Positions 1 through 10,273 of a stretch of 64,000 nucleotides of DNA are shown here, one piece after another. The notes under the pieces were generated by a model that was given only the letters and a program-made list of their open reading frames with translations, was not told the origin of the DNA and ran no database searches. The stretch lies in the NCBI GenBank assembly GCA_963695875.1, contig CAVOID010000004.1, forward strand, positions 246,151-310,150, given 5' to 3'. The position numbers were made by a program, and so were the translations under genes. Source of the stretch: an uncultured delta proteobacterium (GTDB taxonomy: Bacteria > Desulfobacterota > Syntrophia > Syntrophales > UBA2185). Within the stretch, counting starts at the first letter, position 1. Every line of letters starts with the position of its first letter.

Positions 1-442
1 CTAAAACATAATTCAGCGGCCCTATCTTTTCCTGAAATATTGTTTTACCATGAGAAGTTTTAATATTATTCGTAAGTTCGTGGTTACCTATGACAACAAA
101 AATCGGCGTGTCAGGTAAATTGGTTTCCGCGATGTCGAGGAAGTGATTAAATTTTTTTTCCCTGCCTGTAAAGACGGTATCTCCGCCGTGCAGGATGAAG
201 AGAGGACTTAGTTTGGCTGCAGCAATAAGGAGTCTCTTAAATATTTCATCATTATCCCTGCTATCACCCATGACGATAAATGTAAAATCGTCAGGAGATA
301 CTGTCTGAAGATTGCTTTCGAGCTTATGGAGGGAACGTTCAAAGAGAGTTGAGGAATGACAAGTCAAAGGCCAGGCAAAGCCGAGCAGAATAACCGGCAA
401 TATTATGAGGGAAATTAAACGATAACGGATTGAAATTCTCAT
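1..442 (-). CDS. Calcineurin-like metallophosphoesterase with N-terminal signal/TM segment; partial, runs off the window start
   Basis: Manual translation from ATG 442: MRISIRYRLISLIILPVILLGFAWP...FIVMGDSRD...ILHGGDTV...VVIGNHE, carrying the D, GD and GNHE motifs. Absent from the ORF track. Confidence 0.8.
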   Translation of the reverse strand, partial: MRISIRYRLISLIILPVILLGFAWPLTCHSSTLFERSLHKLESNLQTVSPDDFTFIVMGDSRDNDEIFKRLLIAAAKLSPLFILHGGDTVFTGREKKFNHFLDIAETNLPDTPIFVVIGNHELTNNIKTSHGKTIFQEKIGPLNYVL

Positions 443-591
443 ATTTATGACCTTTCCTCAAAAAGCTTCGTCAAAACTCTCAAACCGTGCGTTATTTCAG
501 GTCCTAAATGGAACCGGATGAACAGTTAACTCCAAGAAGGAATATCCCGGCGTGAGGCGAGCTTCCCGGATAAAGGATCGGGTAGAAGTTC

Positions 592-2646
592 TCACTTTAC
601 TAATACCTTTGCAATCTGGACCACATGCTCGGAGGTAATGCCAAATTTCTCATAGAGAATCTTATATGGTGCACTTGCCCCAAATCTGTCCATTCCCACA
701 ACCACCCCTTCGAGCCCCACATAATGCTCCCAGCCCAGCTTTATGCCCGCTTCTACCGCAATCCTGACTCTGACATCGGGAGGGAGCACATGATCACGAT
801 ATTCCACCGGCTGAGCGTCAAAGATTTCCCAGCTCGGAAGAGAGACGATCCTTACCTTAAAGCCTTCAGACGATAGAGTTCTCCCTGCTTCCACTGTTAT
901 AGATACTTCTGACCCGGTACCGATCAAAATAATATCAGGTTTACCGGAGACGGATTCCCAGAGAATGTACCCACCCCTCTGGAGACCGCTTGCCGGTGAA
1001 AATTCTGTCCCGCTTAAAACTGGAAGATTCTGGCGGGTAAAAATCAGTGCGGTAGGGCCATGCTGATTAAGGAGTGCTGCCTTCCATGCCTCCGCAGTTT
1101 CTCCGGCGTCAGCGGGACGGATAACGGTTAAATTCGGTACAGCACGCAGACTCATTATCTGTTCTATGGGTTGATGCGTGGGACCATCTTCCCCGAGACC
1201 GATACTATCATGGGTAAAGACAAAAATGATCCGGAGCCCCATGAGGGACGCTAGGCGCATGGGGGGCCGCATGTAATCGGAGAACGTCAAGAATGTCGCT
1301 GTATAGGGAATGAATCCTCCGTGGATGGCCATACCGACAGCAATGGCACCCATGGCGTGTTCCCGCACACCGAAGTGTATATTACGTCCTCTGTAACCCC
1401 ATTCACCGCCAACAGCCCCCTGAACATTTCCATGCGCCGGGTTAGGCTTCTGAAAATCACCGAAACTCTTGAGCCAGGTAAATGTGGACGGGTTAAGGTC
1501 TGCTGAGCCTCCCATAAGCTCCGGCAAAAGAGGGGCAAGGGTCTGCATGACGGTTTCTGATGCCTTGCGGGTTGCTATATCCTTGGATCCGTCGGGAAAC
1601 ATCGGAAGCTGTAGCTCCCATCCGTCGGGAAGCTTTCCGTTCATGACGCTCGTGAATTCGACAGCCAAATCATGAAATTCGTCGCGATACCGGTTGAAGG
1701 TCTGTTCCCATTCTGCCTCCCATGCACGGCCGCGTTCCATGGATTTACGAAGAAAGGAAAGTACATCATCAGGGATTAAAAATGCAGGTTCGGTGGGCCA
1801 GTTAAGAAAATTCTTTGCTGCCAGCACCTCCTGCGGACCAAGGGGTGAACCGTGGACTTCAAATGTTCCCTGTTTATGGGGCGCTCCATACCCGATGGTA
1901 GTGCGGACAAAAATAATCGAGGGACGGGTCGTCTCCGCCCTTGCATCTTTTATGGCACGATCAATTGAGGCAATGTCGTTTCCGTCTTCCACGTGCAACA
2001 CGTGCCACCTGTAGGCCTCAAACCGTTTTCCAGTGTCTTCTGTAAAAGAAAGTGACGTTGATCCGGCAAGGGAAATGCGGTTGTCGTCATAGAGAACTAT
2101 AAGTTTGCCGAGACCAAGGTGCCCGGCGAGAGAGCATGATTCAGATGCAACACCTTCCATCAGGTCACCGTCACTGGCGAATACATACGTGAAATGATCG
2201 ATGATCCTATGACCGGGTCGATTATATCGCGCTTCAATGTGGGCCTCCGCAATGGCCATACCGACGGCATTACTGAGACCTTGACCGAGTGGTCCTGTGG
2301 TCACCTCAACACCGCAGTTACAATCCCGTTCCGGGTGGCCGGGTGTTTTGCTTCCCCACTGGCGGAATGACTCCAGATCAGAGAGAGACAGGTCGTAGCC
2401 GGTAAGATGGAGCAGGGAATACAGGAGCATTGACCCATGCCCTGCCGAGAGAACAAAGCGATCCCGATCGGCCCACAGGGGATTCGCGGGATTGTGTTTC
2501 AGGTGCCTTGTCCAGAGGGTATAGGCCATCGCCGCTGCGCCCATGGGCATACCGGGGTGCCCTGATTTTGCTTTCTCCACGGCATCGGCTGACAGGAACC
2601 GTATGGTATTTATGCATCTTTCTTCCAGGATTTTCTGATCAGTCAT
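592..2646 (-). CDS. tkt: Transketolase
   Basis: [25 protein letters not shown] motif DGDLMEG and EDGPTHQP. Start moved from 2730 to [10 protein letters not shown] at 2646. Confidence 0.97.
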   Translation of the reverse strand: MTDQKILEERCINTIRFLSADAVEKAKSGHPGMPMGAAAMAYTLWTRHLKHNPANPLWADRDRFVLSAGHGSMLLYSLLHLTGYDLSLSDLESFRQWGSKTPGHPERDCNCGVEVTTGPLGQGLSNAVGMAIAEAHIEARYNRPGHRIIDHFTYVFASDGDLMEGVASESCSLAGHLGLGKLIVLYDDNRISLAGSTSLSFTEDTGKRFEAYRWHVLHVEDGNDIASIDRAIKDARAETTRPSIIFVRTTIGYGAPHKQGTFEVHGSPLGPQEVLAAKNFLNWPTEPAFLIPDDVLSFLRKSMERGRAWEAEWEQTFNRYRDEFHDLAVEFTSVMNGKLPDGWELQLPMFPDGSKDIATRKASETVMQTLAPLLPELMGGSADLNPSTFTWLKSFGDFQKPNPAHGNVQGAVGGEWGYRGRNIHFGVREHAMGAIAVGMAIHGGFIPYTATFLTFSDYMRPPMRLASLMGLRIIFVFTHDSIGLGEDGPTHQPIEQIMSLRAVPNLTVIRPADAGETAEAWKAALLNQHGPTALIFTRQNLPVLSGTEFSPASGLQRGGYILWESVSGKPDIILIGTGSEVSITVEAGRTLSSEGFKVRIVSLPSWEIFDAQPVEYRDHVLPPDVRVRIAVEAGIKLGWEHYVGLEGVVVGMDRFGASAPYKILYEKFGITSEHVVQIAKVLVK

Positions 2647-2880
2647 TTTGCATCTCCATTGGTCATCAAGATTTTCCTTACCGCGAGGCAGGCAGTACAT
2701 TCGACGGTTCCGCAGTTTATATAACAACAAAAATATTAAGACAAGTAGATTAGGAAAAATAAATATGTCGCAAAACTTGACAAGGGCATATTTTTTACAT
2801 AAAAAGTTGACTCAGGCGAGTTCCATTCAGTGAAACATCGGGAATAAATTTTCCTCTCAAATGCTTATATATACTTAAGT

Positions 2881-3486
2881 ATGTCCATTACAATTACAGG
2901 ATTATCCAAACTTTACGGAAAGTTTAAAGCCCTGTCGGAGATCGATCTGAATATCCGGACTGGTCAATCCGTCGGTCTTGTCGGTCTCAATGGTGCGGGG
3001 GAAACGACATTGCTGAAGACAATTGTGGGACTTATCGTTAACTTTGATGGAGAGGTTTTGATAAATAATCAGGCGGTTAACGACCGGGATGCAAAATCAA
3101 ACATATCCTTTCTGCCTGAGGTCTTTGCCGTATTTTTTATGAGCTACAGAACTGATTCCGACGGACGCTTAATTTTCGGTTACTTAGACGAGTCGCAAGA
3201 CAAATTTCCTGATGATTGGAAACTACCCTGGCAGGCTTCTTACGTGGCAAAGATGAGATTCAAGGATAACGACGTTGCATATCATTATGCCCTCAAGGCG
3301 GCAAAAGCCCCATATGCCCCTCCCATTGTGCGCGTACTTCCCGCAATATTAGAACGAAACCTCGGGAATATCGAGACCGCATATACATATTTGACCACTT
3401 TACTAGACTATTCAATAGATTCCAAAGAGATAGAGGCAATAAACGAAGAGCTAAAAAAGTTAGATAAAAAAGTCTCTCCAAAATAA
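2881..3486 (+). pseudogene. Chimeric ORF: N-terminal ~80 aa of an ABC ATPase joined to an unrelated helical/TPR-like C-terminus; probable deletion remnant
   Basis: Walker A is GLNGAGETT (K replaced by E). The ATPase-like sequence ends at ISFLPE, with no signature motif or Walker B. Confidence 0.6.
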
Positions 3487-3626
3487 ATTAGTCATTGTTT
3501 ATGCCTTTGAATAAATCTGGACATTCAACAAGAAGTATGAGCATATATAGACTAAATAGAAATTATTGCTTATTCGGCAAAAGATTTTTAAATAAAGTTA
3601 TTTAACTTTATGAGGAGGCAAAGACC

Positions 3627-3827
3627 ATGTTTGAAGGTCTATTTCAGCCAATGCACCTTCTGGTGATATTGGTTATCGTTCTGATTATCTTCGGGCCAGG
3701 TAAACTTCCTGAACTGGGAAATTCCCTGGGCAGGGCCATAAAAGGCTTTAAGAAGGCCATGTCAGAGCCGGAAGAGAAATCAGGAAATATCTCAGAATCA
3801 AAGAAGATCGAAGAGAAAAAAGAATAA
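3627..3827 (+). CDS. tatA: Twin-arginine translocase TatA/E
   Basis: TM helix, then [34 protein letters not shown] upstream. Confidence 0.93.
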   Translation: MFEGLFQPMHLLVILVIVLIIFGPGKLPELGNSLGRAIKGFKKAMSEPEEKSGNISESKKIEEKKE

Positions 3828-3846
3828 ACGGAACATCTGGATCTTC

Positions 3847-4587
3847 TTGATGAATGGACGTTTTGTTTTTAGAATAGTACCTTTACTCCTCATTATCGTT
3901 CTATCAACCTATCTTTTTATTCACTACGACCTGTATACCTTCTTCATAGATAAGAATAAACTTATCACTTTTATCCATTCTCAACCGTATGATGAACTTG
4001 TCTTCATCTTCCTTCAGATCCTGCAGGTGGTAGCAGCCCCGATACCCGGGGAAGTGACCGGCCTTATCGGCGGGTTCCTGTATGGTCCCGTCATGGGTAC
4101 GGTTTACTCTACTATTGGTCTCACCATCGGTTCCTGGCTGGCCTTTGCCCTTGCCAGGTTTTTCGGCTTGCCCCTTGTCGAGAAGGTTGTGAGGCCAGCG
4201 ATTATTGATAAATACGATTACTTTCTGGAGCACCGGGGATTGTTTGTCTCCTTTCTCCTCTTTCTTATTCCCGGTTTTCCCAAAGATTACCTGTGCTATA
4301 TCATGGGCCTAAGCCACATGAAGACAATGCATTTTTTGGGTATTTCGACGGTTGGGCGTTTACTCGGTACGGTATTGCTGTCCGTGAGCGGCAGTTGTGC
4401 CCGCAATAACCAGTACATGGCACTTTTGATTATCGCCGGCGCCAGCTTTATTTTTATCACAGTTGCCTATTATTACCGGGACAAATGGCTCGAAGCATTG
4501 AAAAAAAGGCATATAATATCAGAAAACCCCCAGAAACCGCACCCTGATCAGAATCAACGTGAAAATCAGGAAAAACCTCAAAGCTGA
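3847..4587 (+). CDS. TVP38/TMEM64 (VTT/DedA superfamily) membrane protein
   Basis: Multiple TM segments with PIPGEVTGLIGGFLYG and FLIPGFPKDYLCY motifs. Confidence 0.88.
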   Translation: MMNGRFVFRIVPLLLIIVLSTYLFIHYDLYTFFIDKNKLITFIHSQPYDELVFIFLQILQVVAAPIPGEVTGLIGGFLYGPVMGTVYSTIGLTIGSWLAFALARFFGLPLVEKVVRPAIIDKYDYFLEHRGLFVSFLLFLIPGFPKDYLCYIMGLSHMKTMHFLGISTVGRLLGTVLLSVSGSCARNNQYMALLIIAGASFIFITVAYYYRDKWLEALKKRHIISENPQKPHPDQNQRENQEKPQS

Positions 4588-4686
4588 CCATACTTTTACA
4601 ATTACCCTTAGGGCTTGACACACAAGCGTTCTTGACCTATCTTCAAAAAGATTTTACAGGAATTAAATTACATACAAGGAGGCACC

Positions 4687-4815
4687 ATGGGAGGGCACAA
4701 GAAAATAGAACGAATGAAAGAGATTGACCGTAAAAGGCGCAGAAGAAAAAAGAGTCTGAAACTTAGAGCCAAACAGCGCATGCAGCAGCCTAAACCTGCA
4801 CAAAAAACAAAATAA
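4687..4815 (+). CDS. Small very basic protein (42 aa) of unknown function
   Basis: AAGGAGG RBS 5 nt before ATG. Product MGGHKKIERMKEIDRKRRRRKKSLKLRAKQRMQQPKPAQKTK. Stop lies 11 bp before the next gene. Confidence 0.7.
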   Translation: MGGHKKIERMKEIDRKRRRRKKSLKLRAKQRMQQPKPAQKTK

Positions 4816-4826
4816 ATATTCAGAAA

Positions 4827-5756
4827 ATGAAATTGAGGAGAAAACGTATTGGTCTTGCCCTTGGAGGTGGGGGGGCCCGTGGGCTCTGCTATATTGGCGT
4901 ATTAAGAGTATTTGAACAGGAAGGTATTCCTATAGATGTTATTGCGGGAACAAGTATTGGTGCTCTGATAGGCGGAGCTTATGCCTGTGGCATATCATCT
5001 GACGAACTGGAGCGAAAAGTTCAGGATTATGTCAACAGCGCAGAATTCAAATCTTCGGCTATTAAAACCATGTCAGATGCATATGGCGGGGAGCAGGAAG
5101 ATCTGAGACAGAAGATTCAGAGTTTTTTAAAAAATCAGTTCTATATCATCCAGATGTTGTTCAAACCCGGTATACTTTCAATTGATGATTTCCAGTCCAT
5201 GATTGACTATTTCATTCCGGACGTACTAATTCAAAACACCCTTATCCCATTTCGTGCTGTGGCAACGGACCTGATTACAGGCGATCAAGTTGTTTTTTCT
5301 GAAGGATCTCTGAGGCAGGCCGTGATGGCAAGTTGTGCTGTTCCCGGGGTTATAGAACCCGTAATAGATGGGAAAAGACTTCTCTCTGACGGCGGTATCA
5401 TCAGTATGATACCAGTCAATATTGTAAAGAGGGAAGGCGCCGATATTGTAATTGCCGTAGCCGGAGATCGTGACACGCGCACAGATGATGAATTAAAAAC
5501 AGTAAAAGATATTTACTACCGGGCCTCTGAAATAACATCCATTAAACTGGAAAAGTATGAATTGATGGAGGCGGATATCGTTATCAGACCCGACGTGAAG
5601 AATTTACATTGGACCGGATTTTCCCAGGCCATGGACCTGATTAAGGAAGGTGAAAAGGCAGCAAAGGAAATGCTTTCCGATATCCGGAATAAAAGGTCCT
5701 TTTTTAAAACATTGGTAAACTCCATCAAGACATTAGCATCCCACGCAAATAACTGA
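4827..5756 (+). CDS. Patatin-like phospholipase (RssA/NTE family)
   Basis: GGGGARG oxyanion motif, GTSIG nucleophile motif and DGG motif. Confidence 0.93.
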   Translation: MKLRRKRIGLALGGGGARGLCYIGVLRVFEQEGIPIDVIAGTSIGALIGGAYACGISSDELERKVQDYVNSAEFKSSAIKTMSDAYGGEQEDLRQKIQSFLKNQFYIIQMLFKPGILSIDDFQSMIDYFIPDVLIQNTLIPFRAVATDLITGDQVVFSEGSLRQAVMASCAVPGVIEPVIDGKRLLSDGGIISMIPVNIVKREGADIVIAVAGDRDTRTDDELKTVKDIYYRASEITSIKLEKYELMEADIVIRPDVKNLHWTGFSQAMDLIKEGEKAAKEMLSDIRNKRSFFKTLVNSIKTLASHANN

Positions 5757-5817
5757 ACAAAGCACGCAGGACGAATTGGGTCATGTTGCTTTTACGAGGC
5801 ACATTATGCGTGCGATA

Positions 5818-6450
5818 CTATGGTACAGCCACTACTATGATATTGAAAATCGAGTTCCAGGTCAAAGGCTTGCAGACTGTCTTGCCCCCCAACCGGGCTG
5901 CTAATTGCTGCGCCTCCCTCTGATAATTTGAAGCAAAATAAATTGTATTTACCGTGAAATCTTTGCGAGGACCTAATTCTATGTCTGCAACCTTGTAGCC
6001 CATCCTGATTAGTTTCTTTGACATTTCCCGTGCAGAAGACAATTTGCCGTTTCCGCTTAATACTTTCACTTTAAGAGTCTTAATATCGATCTCTTTTCCT
6101 TGAATAGCAGGCTGTTCTTCGGTTGTTTTCTTTTTTTCAGCTTTACTTTCTATGGCTTCCTCTTGAATCTGTTGCTCAGCAACGGTACCAGTCTGGGCCG
6201 TCAGGGAGTCCTTTTCCAGCACCGCCTCTTCCTCTTCCTTTTGTGCCTCTTCTTTGAGCTGCTGCACCTCTTTTTTCAGCGTATCGAGCTGCTTATTTAA
6301 ATCTGTCAACTGGTCATTGAGATGGGCTATCGATGCCTTGGACCTTTCCAAATCATCTCTTGAACTCTTATCAAAAAAACCTAACGTGGAGCAGCCTGAC
6401 ATCGCCAAACAAAATACCAGGGTAAAGATATATAAAGCTCTCGTATACAT
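5818..6450 (-). CDS. Lipoprotein with coiled coil and C-terminal LytR_C-like domain
   Basis: Lipobox-like MSGC, a coiled coil, and C-terminal VKVLSGNG...TIYFA...A..LA..LG. Confidence 0.75.
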   Translation of the reverse strand: MYTRALYIFTLVFCLAMSGCSTLGFFDKSSRDDLERSKASIAHLNDQLTDLNKQLDTLKKEVQQLKEEAQKEEEEAVLEKDSLTAQTGTVAEQQIQEEAIESKAEKKKTTEEQPAIQGKEIDIKTLKVKVLSGNGKLSSAREMSKKLIRMGYKVADIELGPRKDFTVNTIYFASNYQREAQQLAARLGGKTVCKPLTWNSIFNIIVVAVP

Positions 6451-6472
6451 TGTTCACCTCCCCTATGTACTG

Positions 6473-7489
6473 TTAAAGTCTTGCATTGTTAAAACCGTAC
6501 CATGCTGCACCCATAAGGGCAACTTTGGGATTAAGGATAACGAAAACGGGCATCTGTAAAAGAAGGTCAGCCATACGCCCTTTATTACGGAAAGATTTCA
6601 TAAGCTGTCCGTTTTCCAGGTACGGCAGTATACGCCGGGGAATACCTCCTCCTATGTAAACCCCGTTTGTGGCGAGTACTCTGAGGGCCATATTACCTGC
6701 TTCTGCTCCCAAAATGGAAGCAAAAAGATTGAGTGCAATCACACAGAGATCACACGCGTTCTCATGATCTAAAGCTGCACTTACGATGACCGGCACAGGG
6801 TCCTTTTCCTGGGCCAACTTATCAGAGAGCCATGATGGTTCCTCGCCACAGCACCTCTCGCGGAGAAAATAATAGATATTTAATATTCCTAATCCCGAGC
6901 AGACACTTTCATAACTGACATGGCCAAGTTTCTCTTGAAGGTAACTCAGCAGTTCCCTCTGAAGATCATTGTTTGGAGCAAAATCCGCATGACCGCCCTC
7001 CGAGGCATGTCCTTGGTATCGCACCCCATCCCATGTAAGGTATGCCTCGCCAAGGCCGGTACCCGGAGCGATGATTGCCATATTTCCTCCGGAAACCGAC
7101 CGGCCTTCGTTTAAGGTATGGAGATCTGATGATTCAAGGAGGGGTACAGCAAAAGCAATGGCCGCCAGATCATTCAGCAGTCTGACAGACGAGAGGTTCA
7201 GTTCCTGGCGCAGCTGTTTTTCATCTATTATCCACGGCAGGTTAGTAACTCTGACCACACCTTCCACAACGGGTCCTGCTACGCCGAAGCAGGCTGCATC
7301 CGCAGGGATATTCACTCCATTGAGAAAATCCCTGACAATGGTTACGAGGTCCGGAAATTGTGCGCTCACAAAGTCTGCCTCGGCCAGAGGTAGACGTATA
7401 CCCTTCTCACGGGAAAAAATACCCAGGTGAGTCTTTGTTCCACCAATGTCACCGGCAAGTAGTAGGTTCATTTTTTTATCCAAGTTCAC
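6473..7489 (-). CDS. glk: Glucokinase
   Basis: GDIGGTKT, LLND, GTGLG and SEGGH motifs. Confidence 0.95.
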   Translation of the reverse strand: MNLDKKMNLLLAGDIGGTKTHLGIFSREKGIRLPLAEADFVSAQFPDLVTIVRDFLNGVNIPADAACFGVAGPVVEGVVRVTNLPWIIDEKQLRQELNLSSVRLLNDLAAIAFAVPLLESSDLHTLNEGRSVSGGNMAIIAPGTGLGEAYLTWDGVRYQGHASEGGHADFAPNNDLQRELLSYLQEKLGHVSYESVCSGLGILNIYYFLRERCCGEEPSWLSDKLAQEKDPVPVIVSAALDHENACDLCVIALNLFASILGAEAGNMALRVLATNGVYIGGGIPRRILPYLENGQLMKSFRNKGRMADLLLQMPVFVILNPKVALMGAAWYGFNNARL

Positions 7490-7790
7490 CTTGAAGCCAA
7501 TTCAGATATTCTGTGCTGCCCGCCATAATTGGTATGGCTATGATTTCCGGAACTTCATAAGGGTGGATTGATTTAATGACCTTCTCAATTTCTTTATAAC
7601 GATCTTCCCTGCTTTTTATCACACATTGCCACTCTTCGGCCTTTTCAATATTCCCCTTCCACCGGTAGGTGCTGAAGATGGGCCCGGCGAGCTGCACACA
7701 GGCAGCCAACTTACTCTCAACCAGGGTCATGGCAATCTTTTCAGCATCTTCTTTCTTCCCCGTTGTTGTCACTACCTGAATATATTCCAT
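7476..7790 (-). CDS. cutA: Divalent-cation tolerance protein CutA
   Basis: LAACVQ, YRWKG and HPYEVPEII motifs. Likely start MEYIQV at 7790. Confidence 0.93.
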   Translation of the reverse strand: MEYIQVVTTTGKKEDAEKIAMTLVESKLAACVQLAGPIFSTYRWKGNIEKAEEWQCVIKSREDRYKEIEKVIKSIHPYEVPEIIAIPIMAGSTEYLNWLQGELG

Positions 7791-7809
7791 CTCCCTATCC
7801 CCTGTCACC

Positions 7810-8586
7810 TTAGCCCTGTTTCGTGCACTCATACATCATAATTGACGCTGCCTGAGGCAGACTGAGAGAATCTGACTTTCCCGCACCGGGAATGAACCAT
7901 TGCTCATCGGTCAAACGGAGCAATGCATCCGGCAACCCATGACTTTCACTGCCCAAGAGAAGTGCCGTATCCTGTTTACATGCATGCGGCATTATGCCTT
8001 TCCGTATGCTGCTACCCACAAGAAAATAGAGTCCTTTGATCCTCGGAACGATTTCAGCAAAGTCGACATCCGCAATCACTCGCAGATGGAAGAGACTTCC
8101 CATGGCGGACCGTACAACTTTTGGATTTGTGAAATCTGCCGAACCGGAACTGAGTACGATAGTTCCTATGCCAAACCAGTGGGCCGTGCGCATCACGGCG
8201 CCAAGGTTGCTGGGATTATTTATCTGATGCAGCAACAAAACATGACCACTGACATGCGACAGCAACTTGTCGGCATCGAAACGTGAAGGCATGGCAGCAA
8301 CGGCCATGATTCCCTCCGGTGCTTTATCTTGGCTTAATGTATTCCACTCCCGTTCCGATAATCCATAGACGTCAATTCCTTCCGGAACGGTGGACAGGAA
8401 AGCGTCCCACTGCGGCCTTCTTCCCTCCATCACCAGAACTGCCCTGGTTTTCCATTTACTTATGAGCAACTCCTGAACGACCTTATGGCCTTCGGCCATA
8501 AAGAGCCCTTCCTGACGGCGGTACTTAGTCTGACTCAGTTTTTCCCACGATTTCAATTGTAATTTCGGTGGTCTCAGCAGCTTCAT
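7810..8586 (-). CDS. TrmH/SpoU-family RNA methyltransferase
   Basis: PSNLGAVMRTA, VRSAMGS, GSESHGL and SLSL motifs of the SPOUT fold. Confidence 0.92.
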   Translation of the reverse strand: MKLLRPPKLQLKSWEKLSQTKYRRQEGLFMAEGHKVVQELLISKWKTRAVLVMEGRRPQWDAFLSTVPEGIDVYGLSEREWNTLSQDKAPEGIMAVAAMPSRFDADKLLSHVSGHVLLLHQINNPSNLGAVMRTAHWFGIGTIVLSSGSADFTNPKVVRSAMGSLFHLRVIADVDFAEIVPRIKGLYFLVGSSIRKGIMPHACKQDTALLLGSESHGLPDALLRLTDEQWFIPGAGKSDSLSLPQAASIMMYECTKQG

Positions 8587-8628
8587 GTGAAGTACAGATT
8601 CCGTTTATATCGCGGATCCTATATTTGG

Positions 8629-8720
8629 TTGCAAAAAATGATTCGAGGATTCAAGTGATCGAAGGTTCTTTCCAATGCATTTCACTCGAATGCTCGACCC
8701 CTAAATTCTTTGAATCCTGA
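8629..8720. repeat. Intergenic repeat with ~8-bp periodicity (GCAAAAAAnGATTCGAGG...GAATCC family), copy 1
   Basis: gttgcaaaaaatgattcgaggattcaagtgatcgaagg with an inverted arm cactcgaatgctcga...ttgaatcct. Related copies at ~10149 and ~12121. Confidence 0.6.
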
Positions 8721-8755
8721 AAGTGCTATCGACTCTTTTAGCGATGAATCTTACA

Positions 8756-10090
8756 TTATAACTTTCTTATCAACTCCTGTGCTGTAATGTGAATGGGGTC
8801 CCATGCAGGGCCGACAGGGGGCGCGTAGGCAAAGTCCAGGTAAGCGATTTCATCAAGACCCATACCTGTCCAGAGGGCACAGGAGAGGGTATTTATCCTG
8901 CTGACTGCACCCATCGTTCCGACGGCCTGGGCGCCCAGGAGTTTCCCAGTCGCTCGGTCGGCCACCAGCTTTATTCCCAGTCTCTTCTCACCCGGCATGG
9001 ATCGGGCGAAGGCATTCCCCCAAATAATGGTGCTGACAGGATGATATCCGCAACTAAGAGCTTCCGACTCGTCGAGCCCGGTTGCAGCAACCTCAAGAGT
9101 GAACAACTTGAAAGACTGGGCGCCGACTACACCCGGAAAGATCATAGAACCACCCCCGATATTGTGACCGGCGACGCGGCCTTGTTTGTTAGCAACATCA
9201 CCGAGGGGGATATGAACCCAGCTCTGGCTGACACGATGATAAACTTCGCAGCAATCACCTACTGCGTATATTCCTTCTTTCGATGTGTGCTGGGAAAAAT
9301 CAACCTGTATGGCTCCGGTCTTCCCGATTTGCAGACCCAGATCATGGGCTAGCTTTACATTCGGTCTTATCCCGACAGCTATCAGGATCATATCGGCCTC
9401 CATATCCCCCTTGTCAGTATTCAGGCGGAGACGGTAGTCTTTTCCCCTTTCAATAGCCTCCATGCGCATATTGCCGTAAAAAGTTATGTTCTGGCGGTTA
9501 AGCTCTTCCTGTATCACTTTTGAAAATTCAGGGTCCCATCTGGCAGCGGGACGAGGAAGAAGGTCAATAACCTGTGTGTCAATACTCAGAGTTCTCAGCG
9601 CCTCACTCATCTCCATCCCGATGAAACCGGCTCCCACGATAATGGCCTTCCGGCACGTCTTATTTTTGATAAAGGCCTTGATCTGTATCGCATCGGTCAA
9701 GTTTTTCAGGGTAAAGACCCCTTCTAGTTCTGCACCGGGAATCTTTGGAATAAATGCTGATGCTCCCGTTCCCAGTACCAGGATGTCATAAGGAACAGTT
9801 GTCCCATCGGATAACCGGACACTTCTCTTATCAACATCAACGCTGCCCGCAACGGTGTTTAATCTTACTTCGATCCCCGTTTCCCTGAACTTCTCCGGTG
9901 TCCTTGCGATGAGACGCTTTTCATCCTTGATTACATCACCGATGTAATAGGGTGTCGGTCAGGCTGCAGCCGATATATATTGACTGCCTTCGACAATGGT
10001 AATAGAAAGGGATGGATCAATCCGCTTTGCTTCAGCAGCGACCGAAGCGCCTCCCGCACCGCCGCCAATAATCACGACGTTCTTGCTCAT
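8756..10090 (-). CDS. CoA-disulfide reductase / NADH oxidase-family flavoprotein; probable selenoprotein (Sec44)
   Basis: Single frame from ATG 10090 (MSKNVVIIGGGAGG) through TGA at 9961-9959 (ISAAA-U-PTPYYIG) into the tracked ORF 8756..9700. Also GAGFIG, YAVGD and YAPP motifs. Confidence 0.9.
9930..9948 (-). promoter_or_regulatory. SECIS-like hairpin downstream of the in-frame UGA
   Basis: ATTACATC-GGT-GATGTAAT forms a perfect 8-bp stem starting 11 nt after the UGA. The loop begins with G. Confidence 0.75.
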
Positions 10091-10273
10091 GGCATGGCCT
10101 TTCCCTTAAGGACACTTTAACCGTTATTCTTTATTTTTCTCCCATCTTGTTGCAAAAAAGAATTCGAGGATGCAAAGGTTCCCGTATCTGACAGCTCACA
10201 GATTGCAGCGCAGTACCTGAACATTTCACACCAATCCATAAAGTACCGGCAGCTTTTCCGGATGAACCTCATT

